Below, one piece after another: positions 39,063 to 48,523 of a DNA stretch of 64,000 bases (position 1 is its first letter; each line of letters starts with the position of its first letter). The stretch lies in IMG/VR virus record IMGVR_UViG_3300038760_000073, positions 12,846 through 76,845 of that record. One strand, written 5' to 3'. Source of the stretch: a virus. Under the pieces are notes generated by a model. The model made no database searches and had not been told where the DNA came from. It saw nothing but the letters and a program-made list of their open reading frames with translations. The position numbers were made by a program, and so were the translations under genes.

Positions 39063-39896
39063 TTAATAACCGTTATCAATAAATTTTTTGTATAGACAAT
39101 CTTCACTGATGTTAAAGTTAGCAGCAGCTTCCGGTGATTGCCTATACACATTACACCCTTCATACGATTCATGATTAGTGTGTCGTAATACAGGAAATGT
39201 TTCAACTCCCCCTCTCTCTCGCCAATCTTCTAAGGTAGGCAGATCAGGATCGTCAGGATGAAATGTCACGATTCTATTTCTTTTCTTGCTCGAGAAATAA
39301 GCTGATATTAACAAATCGTCATCCCATGTAAAATTGTCCTCAACAAAGTCTGTAAAGTCAGTCTCAAAATATTGTCTTTTGTAAGATACAGATTTGTAGT
39401 GCTGTATAATATCTACACGGCTATTTCTTTTATTGGAGGTATAATAGTAATCTCTAACATCACCGAAAAAATTATCTCTAGATCTTATCCCGTCATAACC
39501 GATAATATCATCAGTAAATAATGATTGGTTATTAACTTGCTCTCGAACTAGATCTGTATGATACACTAAATCATCATCTACTACGATAATAATATCATCC
39601 GGATTAGTTAGACGCTCGATAGTTGGTAATAATTTAGTAATAGGACCACTATCCTCGAGATTGTCAAATATAGTAAATTTGTTATTACTACCATGCGATA
39701 ATTCTCGGATCCAATCTGGAATAATATATTCCTCTCCAGTGGATGTAAGTAACTTCGGGACATTTAAGTGTATTTCGTAATTATCATGCGATTGATTGAG
39801 TAGTGACAATAGGTTACTCTTAATACCTTCTTCATATGATTCAGGAGAATTTATCCTTGAAGGGATTGTTGTTAGTGTTAGTACCACGCGTTGCAT
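39063..39896 (-). CDS. GT-A glycosyltransferase
   Basis: LTLTTIPSRI, GPITKLLPT, IIVVDDD, DDLLIS. Confidence 0.75.
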   Translation of the reverse strand: MQRVVLTLTTIPSRINSPESYEEGIKSNLLSLLNQSHDNYEIHLNVPKLLTSTGEEYIIPDWIRELSHGSNNKFTIFDNLEDSGPITKLLPTIERLTNPDDIIIVVDDDLVYHTDLVREQVNNQSLFTDDIIGYDGIRSRDNFFGDVRDYYYTSNKRNSRVDIIQHYKSVSYKRQYFETDFTDFVEDNFTWDDDLLISAYFSSKKRNRIVTFHPDDPDLPTLEDWRERGGVETFPVLRHTNHESYEGCNVYRQSPEAAANFNISEDCLYKKFIDNGY

Positions 39897-39928
39897 ATGC
39901 ATACTTATTAATAAATATGCATATGCAA
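39891..39928. repeat. 38-bp near-perfect inverted repeat over a gene start
   Basis: ttgcatatgcatacttatt/aataaatatgcatatgcaa, one mismatched pair. Confidence 0.85.
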
Positions 39929-40011
39929 GCAGCACTCATTTCTTATCTTTAAAGTGTTAAGGGTTGTAGTAATAACCATAATATTGTGATATGTCTTTAA
40001 TTTAAAATCTA

Positions 40012-41037
40012 CTATAGAAATTTAAGGTCCTTAAAAATTCTATACCAACTATCTTCACCTCTCATAAAGGTTTTTGCATAATTAAAGTTATGTTCTATGG
40101 CTGGGAGCATTTTCTCATACGGATCCTCTTTATTTAGAAAATCTACTATATCTTTTAATTTATTACATAGTACGCGTTGATGAAACTCTTCTACAGGGCA
40201 ATCAGGATCTGGTAATTCAACTCCCCTCATATTAAACTCAACAATACCATCCATATTGATATTATCATCAAAAATCTTCGAGCCGCAATATATAGGAACG
40301 CACCCAGATAAAAAACAATCATATAGCTTTTCAGAATTAAACCCTGTTTGTTCATATGCATTCTCAATAATAATAACATACTTATAATCATAGTATGCTG
40401 TTCTAAATTCACATAAAGTATCGCGTTGAGATTCTTCTGAGCCGAGAGTAAGGACCCCCCCACAAGGATCTTCATGAGGGTGGTGCTCTCTACCCGTTAT
40501 TGTCTGGTTTTTGTTCCACATTGCTCCAGATCCATAGAAATCAACTAGACCGGTATCATTTAAACTATTATATACAGCGTGACGGAGCCTGTGCCCTAGG
40601 CAATAATGTTTCCAAGAAAAGGGACACGATATCATTTTTGATTTTGGATGAAGTTTAATATTAGCTTCATCTAACCATGTTGTATAGGCACATTTACTTG
40701 AGTAATAAAACTTATCTGGCCTCTCTTCTAATAGATGTCCGAGTTTGTCCTTGTTGTGAGTAATTACTAAATCAAATTTTTCAAAGTCTGTTTGTATATA
40801 GTCATATACATCTGTCCAGGGCGGTGTACAATACGGCTCTAACAAGATACATACATTCTTATTACCATCTACCGGGATATCGACCAGCTCTGATTTAATA
40901 AAATTATCTGTATATACGTTTATAGGCCTCCTTATACCATCTCTCATTTTAAGAATATAGTCAGAAGGAGATAAGCATGGAGCTAACCACTCACTACACA
41001 TAGTACTATCCCAAAAAGTTACATTAACTGGCGTCAT
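40012..41037 (-). CDS. GT10 fucosyltransferase-like glycosyltransferase
   Basis: YKYVIIIEN...SEKLYDCF.SGCVPIY.G. Confidence 0.8.
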   Translation of the reverse strand: MTPVNVTFWDSTMCSEWLAPCLSPSDYILKMRDGIRRPINVYTDNFIKSELVDIPVDGNKNVCILLEPYCTPPWTDVYDYIQTDFEKFDLVITHNKDKLGHLLEERPDKFYYSSKCAYTTWLDEANIKLHPKSKMISCPFSWKHYCLGHRLRHAVYNSLNDTGLVDFYGSGAMWNKNQTITGREHHPHEDPCGGVLTLGSEESQRDTLCEFRTAYYDYKYVIIIENAYEQTGFNSEKLYDCFLSGCVPIYCGSKIFDDNINMDGIVEFNMRGVELPDPDCPVEEFHQRVLCNKLKDIVDFLNKEDPYEKMLPAIEHNFNYAKTFMRGEDSWYRIFKDLKFL

Positions 41038-41141
41038 CTTAAATATTTAATCAAATATTATAGAGGCTCAACTAGTTGTATATTATAATACTTATGTTAA
41101 AAGTTTGCTATCAATGAGGGAGTAGATGAATATAAGTACGG

Positions 41142-41846
41142 CTATTCTTGAGGAATTTTAATAAATACTGTTTGACGGCCCCACAATATTTTAATATAAT
41201 CATTGTCCAACAGATATGGGGTTAATAATCTATCCTTACCTGCACTACCTGTATTAAAATCAGTATCATCTATAGATATCAAATGAACTGGTGCCATCTT
41301 ACTTTCTGCAGCTTTAAAAGCCTCTAGATGATGTTCAGCATATCTATGAGTACCTTTATCCCACCCATCTAAATATAAAAGATCTATAGGCTTATCGAAT
41401 TTTTCTAAAAATTCGATACCATCTTCCGGTATATGTATATATAAATTGTCTGGGAGAGGTTCTTTGATATGATATTTATATTGATTTTCTAACTGAGATT
41501 TACAGTGAGTATCTACATCTACCGTATATACATCAAATCCCTCCCGGGTCCAGAAGTATGTTGAATGTCCATCCTGACAACATGGAGGAGCGTCTTTACT
41601 TTGCAAATTATGCGAATTATTATAGTATTCAATACAGTTACTAGTTAGTTCCATTCTAGTAGATCCAATTTCTACTATAGTCTTACCATCAATCAATTTT
41701 AAGAGCTCAATAGTTTTAGCAATCCATGGAGCTGGGTAGTTTCTAATACTGTTTTCTTCATGAGTTAATACATCATGATCCCAGTAATAGCATGTATGTT
41801 TAAATTCATCACATGCCTTTAATACATTATAAAAATAATCTTTCAT
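41142..41846 (-). CDS. Class I SAM methyltransferase (Methyltransf_24-like)
   Basis: IVEIGS, DGIEFL, IDLLYLDG, ISIDD. Confidence 0.75.
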   Translation of the reverse strand: MKDYFYNVLKACDEFKHTCYYWDHDVLTHEENSIRNYPAPWIAKTIELLKLIDGKTIVEIGSTRMELTSNCIEYYNNSHNLQSKDAPPCCQDGHSTYFWTREGFDVYTVDVDTHCKSQLENQYKYHIKEPLPDNLYIHIPEDGIEFLEKFDKPIDLLYLDGWDKGTHRYAEHHLEAFKAAESKMAPVHLISIDDTDFNTGSAGKDRLLTPYLLDNDYIKILWGRQTVFIKIPQE

Positions 41847-41973
41847 ATATATATATATATTTATTTTACTATCGCTATTATTCTATCATTAAATCTACGG
41901 GTGTATCGGGTAAAGTCATAGAGACTAAATGACTGTGCATTTTGATCTTTAGCTAAACTTTCCAGGCTTGCCG

Positions 41974-42552
41974 CTAATTAATGTCCGTAGTAACCTCGAT
42001 CCACCATTGCCCGGGGTGTGTAATATTAGCTCTATTATTAAATATGGTATCGACAGCTCGTATAATATCAGGCCAATCTCGAGTATAATCATCCCCACAA
42101 ATAATCCCACCCTTTCGTATCAATGGTAGCCAATTTATAATATCCTCCTTTACAGAATTGTAATCATGTGACGCATCAATATATACAATATCAAAAAAAT
42201 TCTTGGGATAGTTTTTACTTTCTGTTACAGAATCGTTTTTAATTAATTTAATATTATCGATTATAGGTTCAAGATAATGGTTAGCTAATTTCCAGTAATC
42301 TGTATGTGTATTATGCTCCGCGGAGCCCTTAAAATGGTCTATAGCATATTGCCTACACTTAATATTATGATGTGTAAAATACTGATTAAATATAGTAGTT
42401 CCTTTACCCATATATACCCCAATCTCAGCAAATTTAATTTCATCTGATGTCAAGATTTTTGTCTTGCTAATTACCGGCAAAATATCTGTTAGTAGATTAT
42501 TAATTTGATCCTCTGATAAGAAGCCTGGTATAAGATTATGATTAGTTTTCAT
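41974..42552 (-). CDS. Class I SAM methyltransferase (Methyltransf_24)
   Basis: EIGVYMGK, IDHF, FDIVYIDASHDY, GGIICGDDY. Confidence 0.85.
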   Translation of the reverse strand: MKTNHNLIPGFLSEDQINNLLTDILPVISKTKILTSDEIKFAEIGVYMGKGTTIFNQYFTHHNIKCRQYAIDHFKGSAEHNTHTDYWKLANHYLEPIIDNIKLIKNDSVTESKNYPKNFFDIVYIDASHDYNSVKEDIINWLPLIRKGGIICGDDYTRDWPDIIRAVDTIFNNRANITHPGQWWIEVTTDIN

Positions 42553-43227
42553 TTAATACTTATCACACTCATTGTAGTCCCAAATAGCTGGAAATAGTCG
42601 CTCAAGCGCGTGAGCATATCCCCATTCTGATCTATCACCTATTTGCTCGAGCAAATTTTTCCACCATAATAAAGACTTATTATCTATACAGGCTGACTTA
42701 TTGACTATAAATTGTATACCGGCGGGGAAATGTCTAACTAATTCGTTTTTATCTGTAAGCACTTTAACAGGTAAGCTTATTTCAGATGCAACAACATCTA
42801 ACCCGTGCCCCCATTCAACAGATAGGCAGGTTGCCATATATCCTAACTCGACAAAATTCCCCGCGACTCTACAGAACTGATCGTCATTTAAATCTTTGAT
42901 AATATTATTATAATCTATTAGATTTTTGCACTTATAATTAACATACGGTACAGTATGCGGACAATGATCAAATGGGTGTCCCTGTAGAAATGTAATTGTT
43001 TCATAATCTTTATCATAATATTTGCATATATGATAAACATGTGTATGAGCATCCCTACCACTAAAATTATTTGGTAAATGTTCAATAATAGTGTTTGGTA
43101 TATCAGGTATATCGATACCTACTAAGTCCTCACTTTTATTATATATATAAATATCTACATCTTCTAACTGGTTAATCCAATTAATATCTTCATTATATCG
43201 CGCTATTACGACTGCATTTTTTTTCAT
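42553..43227 (-). CDS. DUF3431-like putative glycosyltransferase
   Basis: VIARYNEDINW, IYNK, GR.AHT..YHI...YD, FLQGHPFDH, LER. Confidence 0.7.
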   Translation of the reverse strand: MKKNAVVIARYNEDINWINQLEDVDIYIYNKSEDLVGIDIPDIPNTIIEHLPNNFSGRDAHTHVYHICKYYDKDYETITFLQGHPFDHCPHTVPYVNYKCKNLIDYNNIIKDLNDDQFCRVAGNFVELGYMATCLSVEWGHGLDVVASEISLPVKVLTDKNELVRHFPAGIQFIVNKSACIDNKSLLWWKNLLEQIGDRSEWGYAHALERLFPAIWDYNECDKY

Positions 43228-44492
43228 AATTGTATTTCTGCTTTTTCAACCCAGCCTCTACTTTTACTTATAGCCCAATATACAACTTTAACTGGTATTT
43301 TTTCTGTCATAAACATCTCTTCGTAGTGAATTGGTTTACCATCCCTAACAAGATCTTCCAGTCTCTTATCATTAATATATGTTTGATGTATACCTATACC
43401 ATCTTCATCATCAAATGACACTAACAGATTCTCATAATCATCACCCGGTAACATATCTTTGGTTATATCCACTAAATAGTATATAGAATTTATAAAGGAG
43501 TCTTCCCACTCCTCCTCACTATTATAAGGGTATGGGTTTGGAGGAATTTTATTATCTTTAGTATATTGCTGGAATGCTCGCCGCTTAAAATTTATACCAG
43601 CATACCTTTCATAATCCTTTAAAGATCGTGTTTTGCCTAAATCATACTCACCTAAATCTAACAACCTCTCTTCTACACCAAGCAGCTGTCTAATTCTAGC
43701 ACGAGCATCATTATTACCCCTCCACCACATATCGTCACCCCTACTGGACATGTCGTCCCATACTAACATATTACTTCTCTCTTCTCTCATTGTAGCATGC
43801 CAAATTACTACTCGATGCGGATGAAACAAATCATACCCATGGGTGAAAGATCTAACTGTGAGATTAATCTCTTCACCAGCGAAGAAAATATTTGGATCAT
43901 GTCTAATTTCTTTAGCCCACTTATTTGACCCAAACGAAAAGTGACCACTTAAAAATCTAGCAGGGTATGGCTTTGTAAGTTCCTTCCAATCTCGAACACC
44001 TGTCGGTCTAATGAAGATAGTACCAAATGGGTAAAAGCAAGCCGCCTCTGATACCCATGGCTCTTGCACTCGTCCAGCCGGGTCATTAAAGGGATCATAC
44101 ATAGGTAGATAACCACCTATCACCGGATTGTATCCATCTTCAACTAGTTCATCATACCAACCAATTAAGGTACTATCCCAATTTTCTGTAAACCGGTGAT
44201 GTGAGTCCAATTGTAATACAAAATCTTCATCTTCGAGTAACTCATCATTGATAACTGCGCGCGCGTATGCTAAGCCTTTAGCTTCAGTATAAAGCATTTC
44301 TTTAACTTTAAACCTAGAATCGTCTTTAAATTCTGATAAGTCATCAAAACCATCTTTAGGGTTATATTGCCTACATATACCAAATCTAACCCTATTAGGA
44401 AATTCAGCGTTCGTTAGCGCATCCTTAATAGTAGGTATAAGCTCTGGATCTCTATATGCGGGCAAATGTATTAGTATAGTTCGTTCTGACAT
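43224..44492 (-). CDS. GT60-like polypeptide alpha-GlcNAc transferase (paralogue 2)
   Basis: AYRDPEL, AKG..YAR, QLDSHHRF..WD, SGHF.F, FAGEE, T.GYD. Confidence 0.8.
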   Translation of the reverse strand: MSERTILIHLPAYRDPELIPTIKDALTNAEFPNRVRFGICRQYNPKDGFDDLSEFKDDSRFKVKEMLYTEAKGLAYARAVINDELLEDEDFVLQLDSHHRFTENWDSTLIGWYDELVEDGYNPVIGGYLPMYDPFNDPAGRVQEPWVSEAACFYPFGTIFIRPTGVRDWKELTKPYPARFLSGHFSFGSNKWAKEIRHDPNIFFAGEEINLTVRSFTHGYDLFHPHRVVIWHATMREERSNMLVWDDMSSRGDDMWWRGNNDARARIRQLLGVEERLLDLGEYDLGKTRSLKDYERYAGINFKRRAFQQYTKDNKIPPNPYPYNSEEEWEDSFINSIYYLVDITKDMLPGDDYENLLVSFDDEDGIGIHQTYINDKRLEDLVRDGKPIHYEEMFMTEKIPVKVVYWAISKSRGWVEKAEIQL

Positions 44493-44493
44493 A

Positions 44494-45846
44494 TTAATTG
44501 CATCTTGTAAATTCAATAATATTGTTTTCAGCTAGTTGAACCTTGTTATCCATCTCTACCTCTTCTAGTAATCTAGGACTAATTATACCCTCCAGCCTAT
44601 CCATCCAACCTTGAGATTTAGAATTTGGCCATACAATCCATTTATAGGGCGGTACATCTGTATTAAACTGCCTCCATAGTTTGCAATAGTTGTCAGAGTC
44701 TTTCTTCATACGATCAATTTCGTCTGGTAAAGCATCCTCTCGATATATCTCATTACCATCAACATCCTCAAATGCTACAGCCCAGCATGTATAATCATCG
44801 AGAGGCACTAGATCATACCCAATATCAATACAGTGTTTAAAGAAATTTAAGAACGAGCTATTATATTCCTGTTCAGTTGTGTAAGTTGGATTAGGTGGAT
44901 ATTTATTATCTAGAGTATATTGCTGTAATTGTCTCTTCTCAAATAATACTCCCGCATATTTTTCATAATCTTCTAGAGTACGCTCATTACCCAAGCCATA
45001 TTCACACTTATCCCCTTCAGCGATAAATTCACCATCTATACCCAATAACTTTCTAACTTTGGTATGTGATTGTGTATCTAACTCTACCCACCCGTCATTA
45101 TCACTCCAATGTCTAGGTTGATCTGATCTAGTATAGTAATGCCAGATTACAACTCGATGAGGGTGAAATAAATCATACCCATGGGTATACGCTCGAACTG
45201 CTAGACTTATTTCTTCACCGTGGAAGTATATCTCAGGGTCATGCTGAACTTCTTTAGAGAATATACCTAAAGTAAAGCAGAAATGTGCTGAGAGAAATCT
45301 AGCTGCAATAGGGGCATTATAGTTTACCCAGTTTGGAATTGTTTCTGGCTTAGTATGTAGAGGACCTTCCGGGGCAAATCTATCAAATACCAAACGCCAT
45401 GGATCATTTTCAGTTTTACCTGTTTTTGGATCATATGCCGGTACATATCCTGTTAACAGAGGTTTTTTATGACCTTGTAGCTGCAGCATATAGATCATAT
45501 TCTTTAGTGTAGTGTCCCAACCCTCTGTAAATCGGTGATGTGAATCTAAGTGAAGTGTAAAATCTTCATCATTATAATGTTGCTGAATTAAATTTCTAGC
45601 CCAACATACACCTTTAGCTTCCTTATAATCAATATCGATAATATTAATATTTTTGTGTTTGTTAAAACTAGTTAGTTTATCCCACTTGTCTTCTTTAGCA
45701 TGTTGCCAAGCAACACACACCCGTAAATTATCAGGCTCATCAGCTTTCTCAAGCATATCCTTTAATGTCTTTTTAAGTTCAGGGTCTCTATATGATGCAA
45801 TCTGCACAAAAATTAGTTTACCCGTGTAAGGATTCATATTAATCAT
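44494..45846 (-). CDS. GT60-like polypeptide alpha-GlcNAc transferase (paralogue 1)
   Basis: IFVQIASYRDPEL, AKGVCWAR, LDSHHRF, FHGEEI, R.YT.GYD, G.ERTLEDY. Confidence 0.82.
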   Translation of the reverse strand: MINMNPYTGKLIFVQIASYRDPELKKTLKDMLEKADEPDNLRVCVAWQHAKEDKWDKLTSFNKHKNINIIDIDYKEAKGVCWARNLIQQHYNDEDFTLHLDSHHRFTEGWDTTLKNMIYMLQLQGHKKPLLTGYVPAYDPKTGKTENDPWRLVFDRFAPEGPLHTKPETIPNWVNYNAPIAARFLSAHFCFTLGIFSKEVQHDPEIYFHGEEISLAVRAYTHGYDLFHPHRVVIWHYYTRSDQPRHWSDNDGWVELDTQSHTKVRKLLGIDGEFIAEGDKCEYGLGNERTLEDYEKYAGVLFEKRQLQQYTLDNKYPPNPTYTTEQEYNSSFLNFFKHCIDIGYDLVPLDDYTCWAVAFEDVDGNEIYREDALPDEIDRMKKDSDNYCKLWRQFNTDVPPYKWIVWPNSKSQGWMDRLEGIISPRLLEEVEMDNKVQLAENNIIEFTRCN

Positions 45847-45911
45847 TTAATCTGTTAAAAAATAAAATCCAGTAGTTGCATTATTAATAATTGACTATAA
45901 TATATAACTAT

Positions 45912-46256
45912 ATGTCAAATATTACAACAATCGTCGATCAAGTCGGAAGAACAGTTATTGGTGTGGAAACTAAATCCACAAAAGATACTATTACACTAAA
46001 TAATCCAGTTATTATTCATGTACAACCAAACTCAGAAAACGGTCAATTACAAGTACAATCGTTTCCTTACCTGTTTATGGAGTTTATTAAAGGTGATAAA
46101 ACAAAAAACAACTGGACATTCAATAAAGGTGCAATCGCTATCTCAGATGTTGAATTGGATGATAAGATTATTGAGCAATACAATAATATTAATTCACCAG
46201 CAGCTACTGCTGCATCTCCAGAAGAGCCTAGTGTAATTAAACTGTTTGACGAATAA
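45912..46256 (+). CDS. Conserved hypothetical protein (Sm-like T4-type)
   Basis: LNNPVIIHVQP...LQVQSFP...IIEQYN. Confidence 0.6.
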   Translation: MSNITTIVDQVGRTVIGVETKSTKDTITLNNPVIIHVQPNSENGQLQVQSFPYLFMEFIKGDKTKNNWTFNKGAIAISDVELDDKIIEQYNNINSPAATAASPEEPSVIKLFDE

Positions 46257-46271
46257 TTTAAGATAGCTCAT

Positions 46272-46343
46272 TCCGGTGTAGCATAATGGTAGTGCACGTG
46301 ACTGTTAATCACGCAAGTGTTGGTTCGAACCCAACCACCGGAG
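46272..46343 (+). tRNA. tRNA-Asn(GTT), CCA not encoded
   Basis: Acceptor TCCGGTG/CACCGGA; anticodon arm CGTGA-CTGTTAA-TCACG; T arm GTTGG-TTCGAAC-CCAAC. Confidence 0.95.
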
Positions 46344-46384
46344 TTTATTGCAATTTACCATACTACAAACTAAATATATTTACT

Positions 46385-46810
46385 ATGAAACTAACTACAA
46401 ATAAAAATAACATCCTATCAAATAACCCTATCGTTAATCTAGATAAAATATTTGATAATATGTTTAATACAACACCATTATTTCATAATTTAAATGAAAT
46501 ATATAAAACAGGTGATCAGGTCAGGTTCTCACCTGATGATGAATCGCTTACAGTTCAAATTGATCTACCAGGAGTAAAGCGAGATGATATTGCAATCACC
46601 TCCGATACAGACCAGTCCGAGGTATATATTAAAGCGAAGAGAGACATTAAAACTCTAGACGGTACACAGGAACAAACATATAACCGTTCCTTTACAGTAG
46701 GACGTGAGTATGATATTAAGCAAATTACATTTGTCTATCAAGATGGTTTACTTGAAATTGATGTTCCACGGCGGCAAAAGGAACAATATCTTAGAACACA
46801 TACACTATAA
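46385..46810 (+). CDS. Small heat-shock protein (Hsp20)
   Basis: IDLPGVKRDDI, YNRSF, YQDGLLEIDVP. Start moved to 46385 because the longer ORF overlaps the tRNA. Confidence 0.85.
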   Translation: MKLTTNKNNILSNNPIVNLDKIFDNMFNTTPLFHNLNEIYKTGDQVRFSPDDESLTVQIDLPGVKRDDIAITSDTDQSEVYIKAKRDIKTLDGTQEQTYNRSFTVGREYDIKQITFVYQDGLLEIDVPRRQKEQYLRTHTL

Positions 46811-46831
46811 CCTTTAACTTAAAATAATATT

Positions 46832-46870
46832 AAAGACCTCTATTGCATATTATGTGGTAGAGGTCTTTTT
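46832..46870 (+). terminator. Rho-independent terminator
   Basis: aaagacctcta...tagaggtcttttt hairpin plus T-tract. Confidence 0.8.
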
Positions 46871-46894
46871 GTTTGTATTATACTTAAAAATAAG

Positions 46895-46922
46895 TTGTAA
46901 AGTAAGGATCTTAATATATAAT
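46895..46922 (+). promoter_or_regulatory. Promoter TTGTAA-N16-TATAAT, 7 nt before uvsX
   Basis: Read directly from the sequence. Confidence 0.6.
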
Positions 46923-46929
46923 ATAGTAT

Positions 46930-48075
46930 ATGGATAAAGATATTGCAAGTGCGTTGGACGAAATTGATACTGTTAACCCCTTTGCAACATATCTAAGTGA
47001 TAGTACACTTAGTAGAGTAGGTGGGTGGGTTGATACTGGGTCATATGTATTAAATGCCATAATCTCCGGATCTCTTCATGGTGGTATACCTAAAGGTAGG
47101 GTAACTATGCTAGCTGGTGAGTCTATGACTGGTAAATCCCTGTTTGTTATGAAGATATTAGCTGCAGCTCAAAAAAGTGGGTTAATACCAGTTATTTTTG
47201 ATACGGAAAACGCGATTGACCCGGAAGGTGCTGAAAGACTTGGGTTAGATGTTAGCAAAGTTAAATATGTTCCTTGTATAAGTACAGAACAGACTAGAAA
47301 TGCATTATATAAGTTCCTTACATCAGTTAAAGAGAAGGGATTGGAGGGTAAATTTATCGTTGCTATTGATTCCTTAGGAAATTTACAGTCAGAACTGTCA
47401 TTATCACGAATGAGTAAAGATAATACAGCAGCTGATATGGGTACAAATGCTCGAGCTATGAAATCTCTCATGCAGACATGTACTAATTTAGGAGCTGTCA
47501 CACAAACAACTATTATATGCACTAACCATGTGTATGATAATCCTGCAGCTCTGTTCCCATCAATCGAGAAAAATATGCCTGGTGGTAAGTCATGTGTATA
47601 TCTACCTTCAGTTACCGTTCAACTGGCTAGAAAGCCAATGAAAGCTGACGGTGGCAAAACAATGGATGGTGAAACTGCTGTAGCGCAAAAGAGTTATGCT
47701 GGCATTATCATTAGAGCTCTAACTCGAAAGAATCGATTTATTAAACAGTATCTAGAGGGTGAAATGTATCTATCATTCGCATCCGGTTTAGATAGATACT
47801 ATGGCCTAATTGACTTAGCAGTTGGTTTAGGCGCCGTCATTCAAACTGGGGCAACCTACCAACTTGAAGATGGTAAGAAGTTAGGATATTACAAGCAGTT
47901 TAGGAAAAATACTGATCTATGGGAAAATACCATCCTACCTATTGTAGAGGCTAGAATGAAGGATGAGTGGAACTATTCAAACAAAGAAGAAGAACCACCT
48001 GATGAAGTAGCAGAAACGATAGTTGATCCAGTGTCGACCTCACTTAAGGATATATTAGAATTAAAGGAAAAATAA
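46930..48075 (+). CDS. uvsX: RecA-like recombinase
   Basis: DTGSYVLN..ISGS, AGESMTGKS, FDTE, IDSLGNL, NHVY, MPGG. Confidence 0.92.
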   Translation: MDKDIASALDEIDTVNPFATYLSDSTLSRVGGWVDTGSYVLNAIISGSLHGGIPKGRVTMLAGESMTGKSLFVMKILAAAQKSGLIPVIFDTENAIDPEGAERLGLDVSKVKYVPCISTEQTRNALYKFLTSVKEKGLEGKFIVAIDSLGNLQSELSLSRMSKDNTAADMGTNARAMKSLMQTCTNLGAVTQTTIICTNHVYDNPAALFPSIEKNMPGGKSCVYLPSVTVQLARKPMKADGGKTMDGETAVAQKSYAGIIIRALTRKNRFIKQYLEGEMYLSFASGLDRYYGLIDLAVGLGAVIQTGATYQLEDGKKLGYYKQFRKNTDLWENTILPIVEARMKDEWNYSNKEEEPPDEVAETIVDPVSTSLKDILELKEK

Positions 48076-48163
48076 TACTATATGCGACTCAGCTAAGAGG
48101 TTCTAACCCTATAGGTTATTGTGTTGCATCTTTGCTGTGAGATATTTGATAACATCTGCAGCC

Positions 48164-48469
48164 TCAAATCATGTTCTCGTCGCGGTAGCCATGTTCATCT
48201 TTGACGATTTGCATGAATGTCTCAAATTGATGTTTACCTAGGTTCATTAAAAAAACTAACCCAGCATCTCCAAGATTATCGACAAATACTTCAGCCTTTT
48301 TAACAAACTCGTCGAATTCACCTAGTGATTCATCTTCAGCTGGGTGTACATCACCTTCAGCCCCCATATGTGGAGGAGCCTCCTCTTGCTCGTAACTCTC
48401 GTTAAGAACTTTACCGGTCAAAACCTTAGTGTATTGCTCTGCCATTAAATCAAACTCATTACGCTTCAT
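48164..48469 (-). CDS. Late acidic hypothetical protein
   Basis: TAAATA-N5-ATG; MKRNEFDLMAEQY. Confidence 0.6.
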   Translation of the reverse strand: MKRNEFDLMAEQYTKVLTGKVLNESYEQEEAPPHMGAEGDVHPAEDESLGEFDEFVKKAEVFVDNLGDAGLVFLMNLGKHQFETFMQIVKDEHGYRDENMI

Positions 48470-48489
48470 AATATTATTTATGATACTAG

Positions 48490-48517
48490 TTGAATTTATA
48501 TCAAAAGACATTATAAT
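48490..48517 (+). promoter_or_regulatory. Promoter TTGAAT-N16-TATAAT, 6 nt before queC
   Basis: Read directly from the sequence. Confidence 0.7.
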
Positions 48518-48523
48518 TATTTC

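Noticed and set aside
41864-41971. Startless minus-strand frame ...LYDFTRYTRRFNDRIIAIVK*, possibly a methyltransferase C-terminal relic
   Set aside because: Too short and weak to support without a search.
46286-46384. N-terminal extension of Hsp20 in the ORF track
   Set aside because: It overlaps tRNA-Asn; a TAAATA motif supports ATG 46385.
48096-48120. AGAGGTTCTAACCCT resembles the 5' half of a preQ1-I riboswitch upstream of queC
   Set aside because: P1 is mismatched, the A-rich 3' tail is absent, it is about 400 nt from queC across an antisense gene, and queC has its own leaderless-type promoter.
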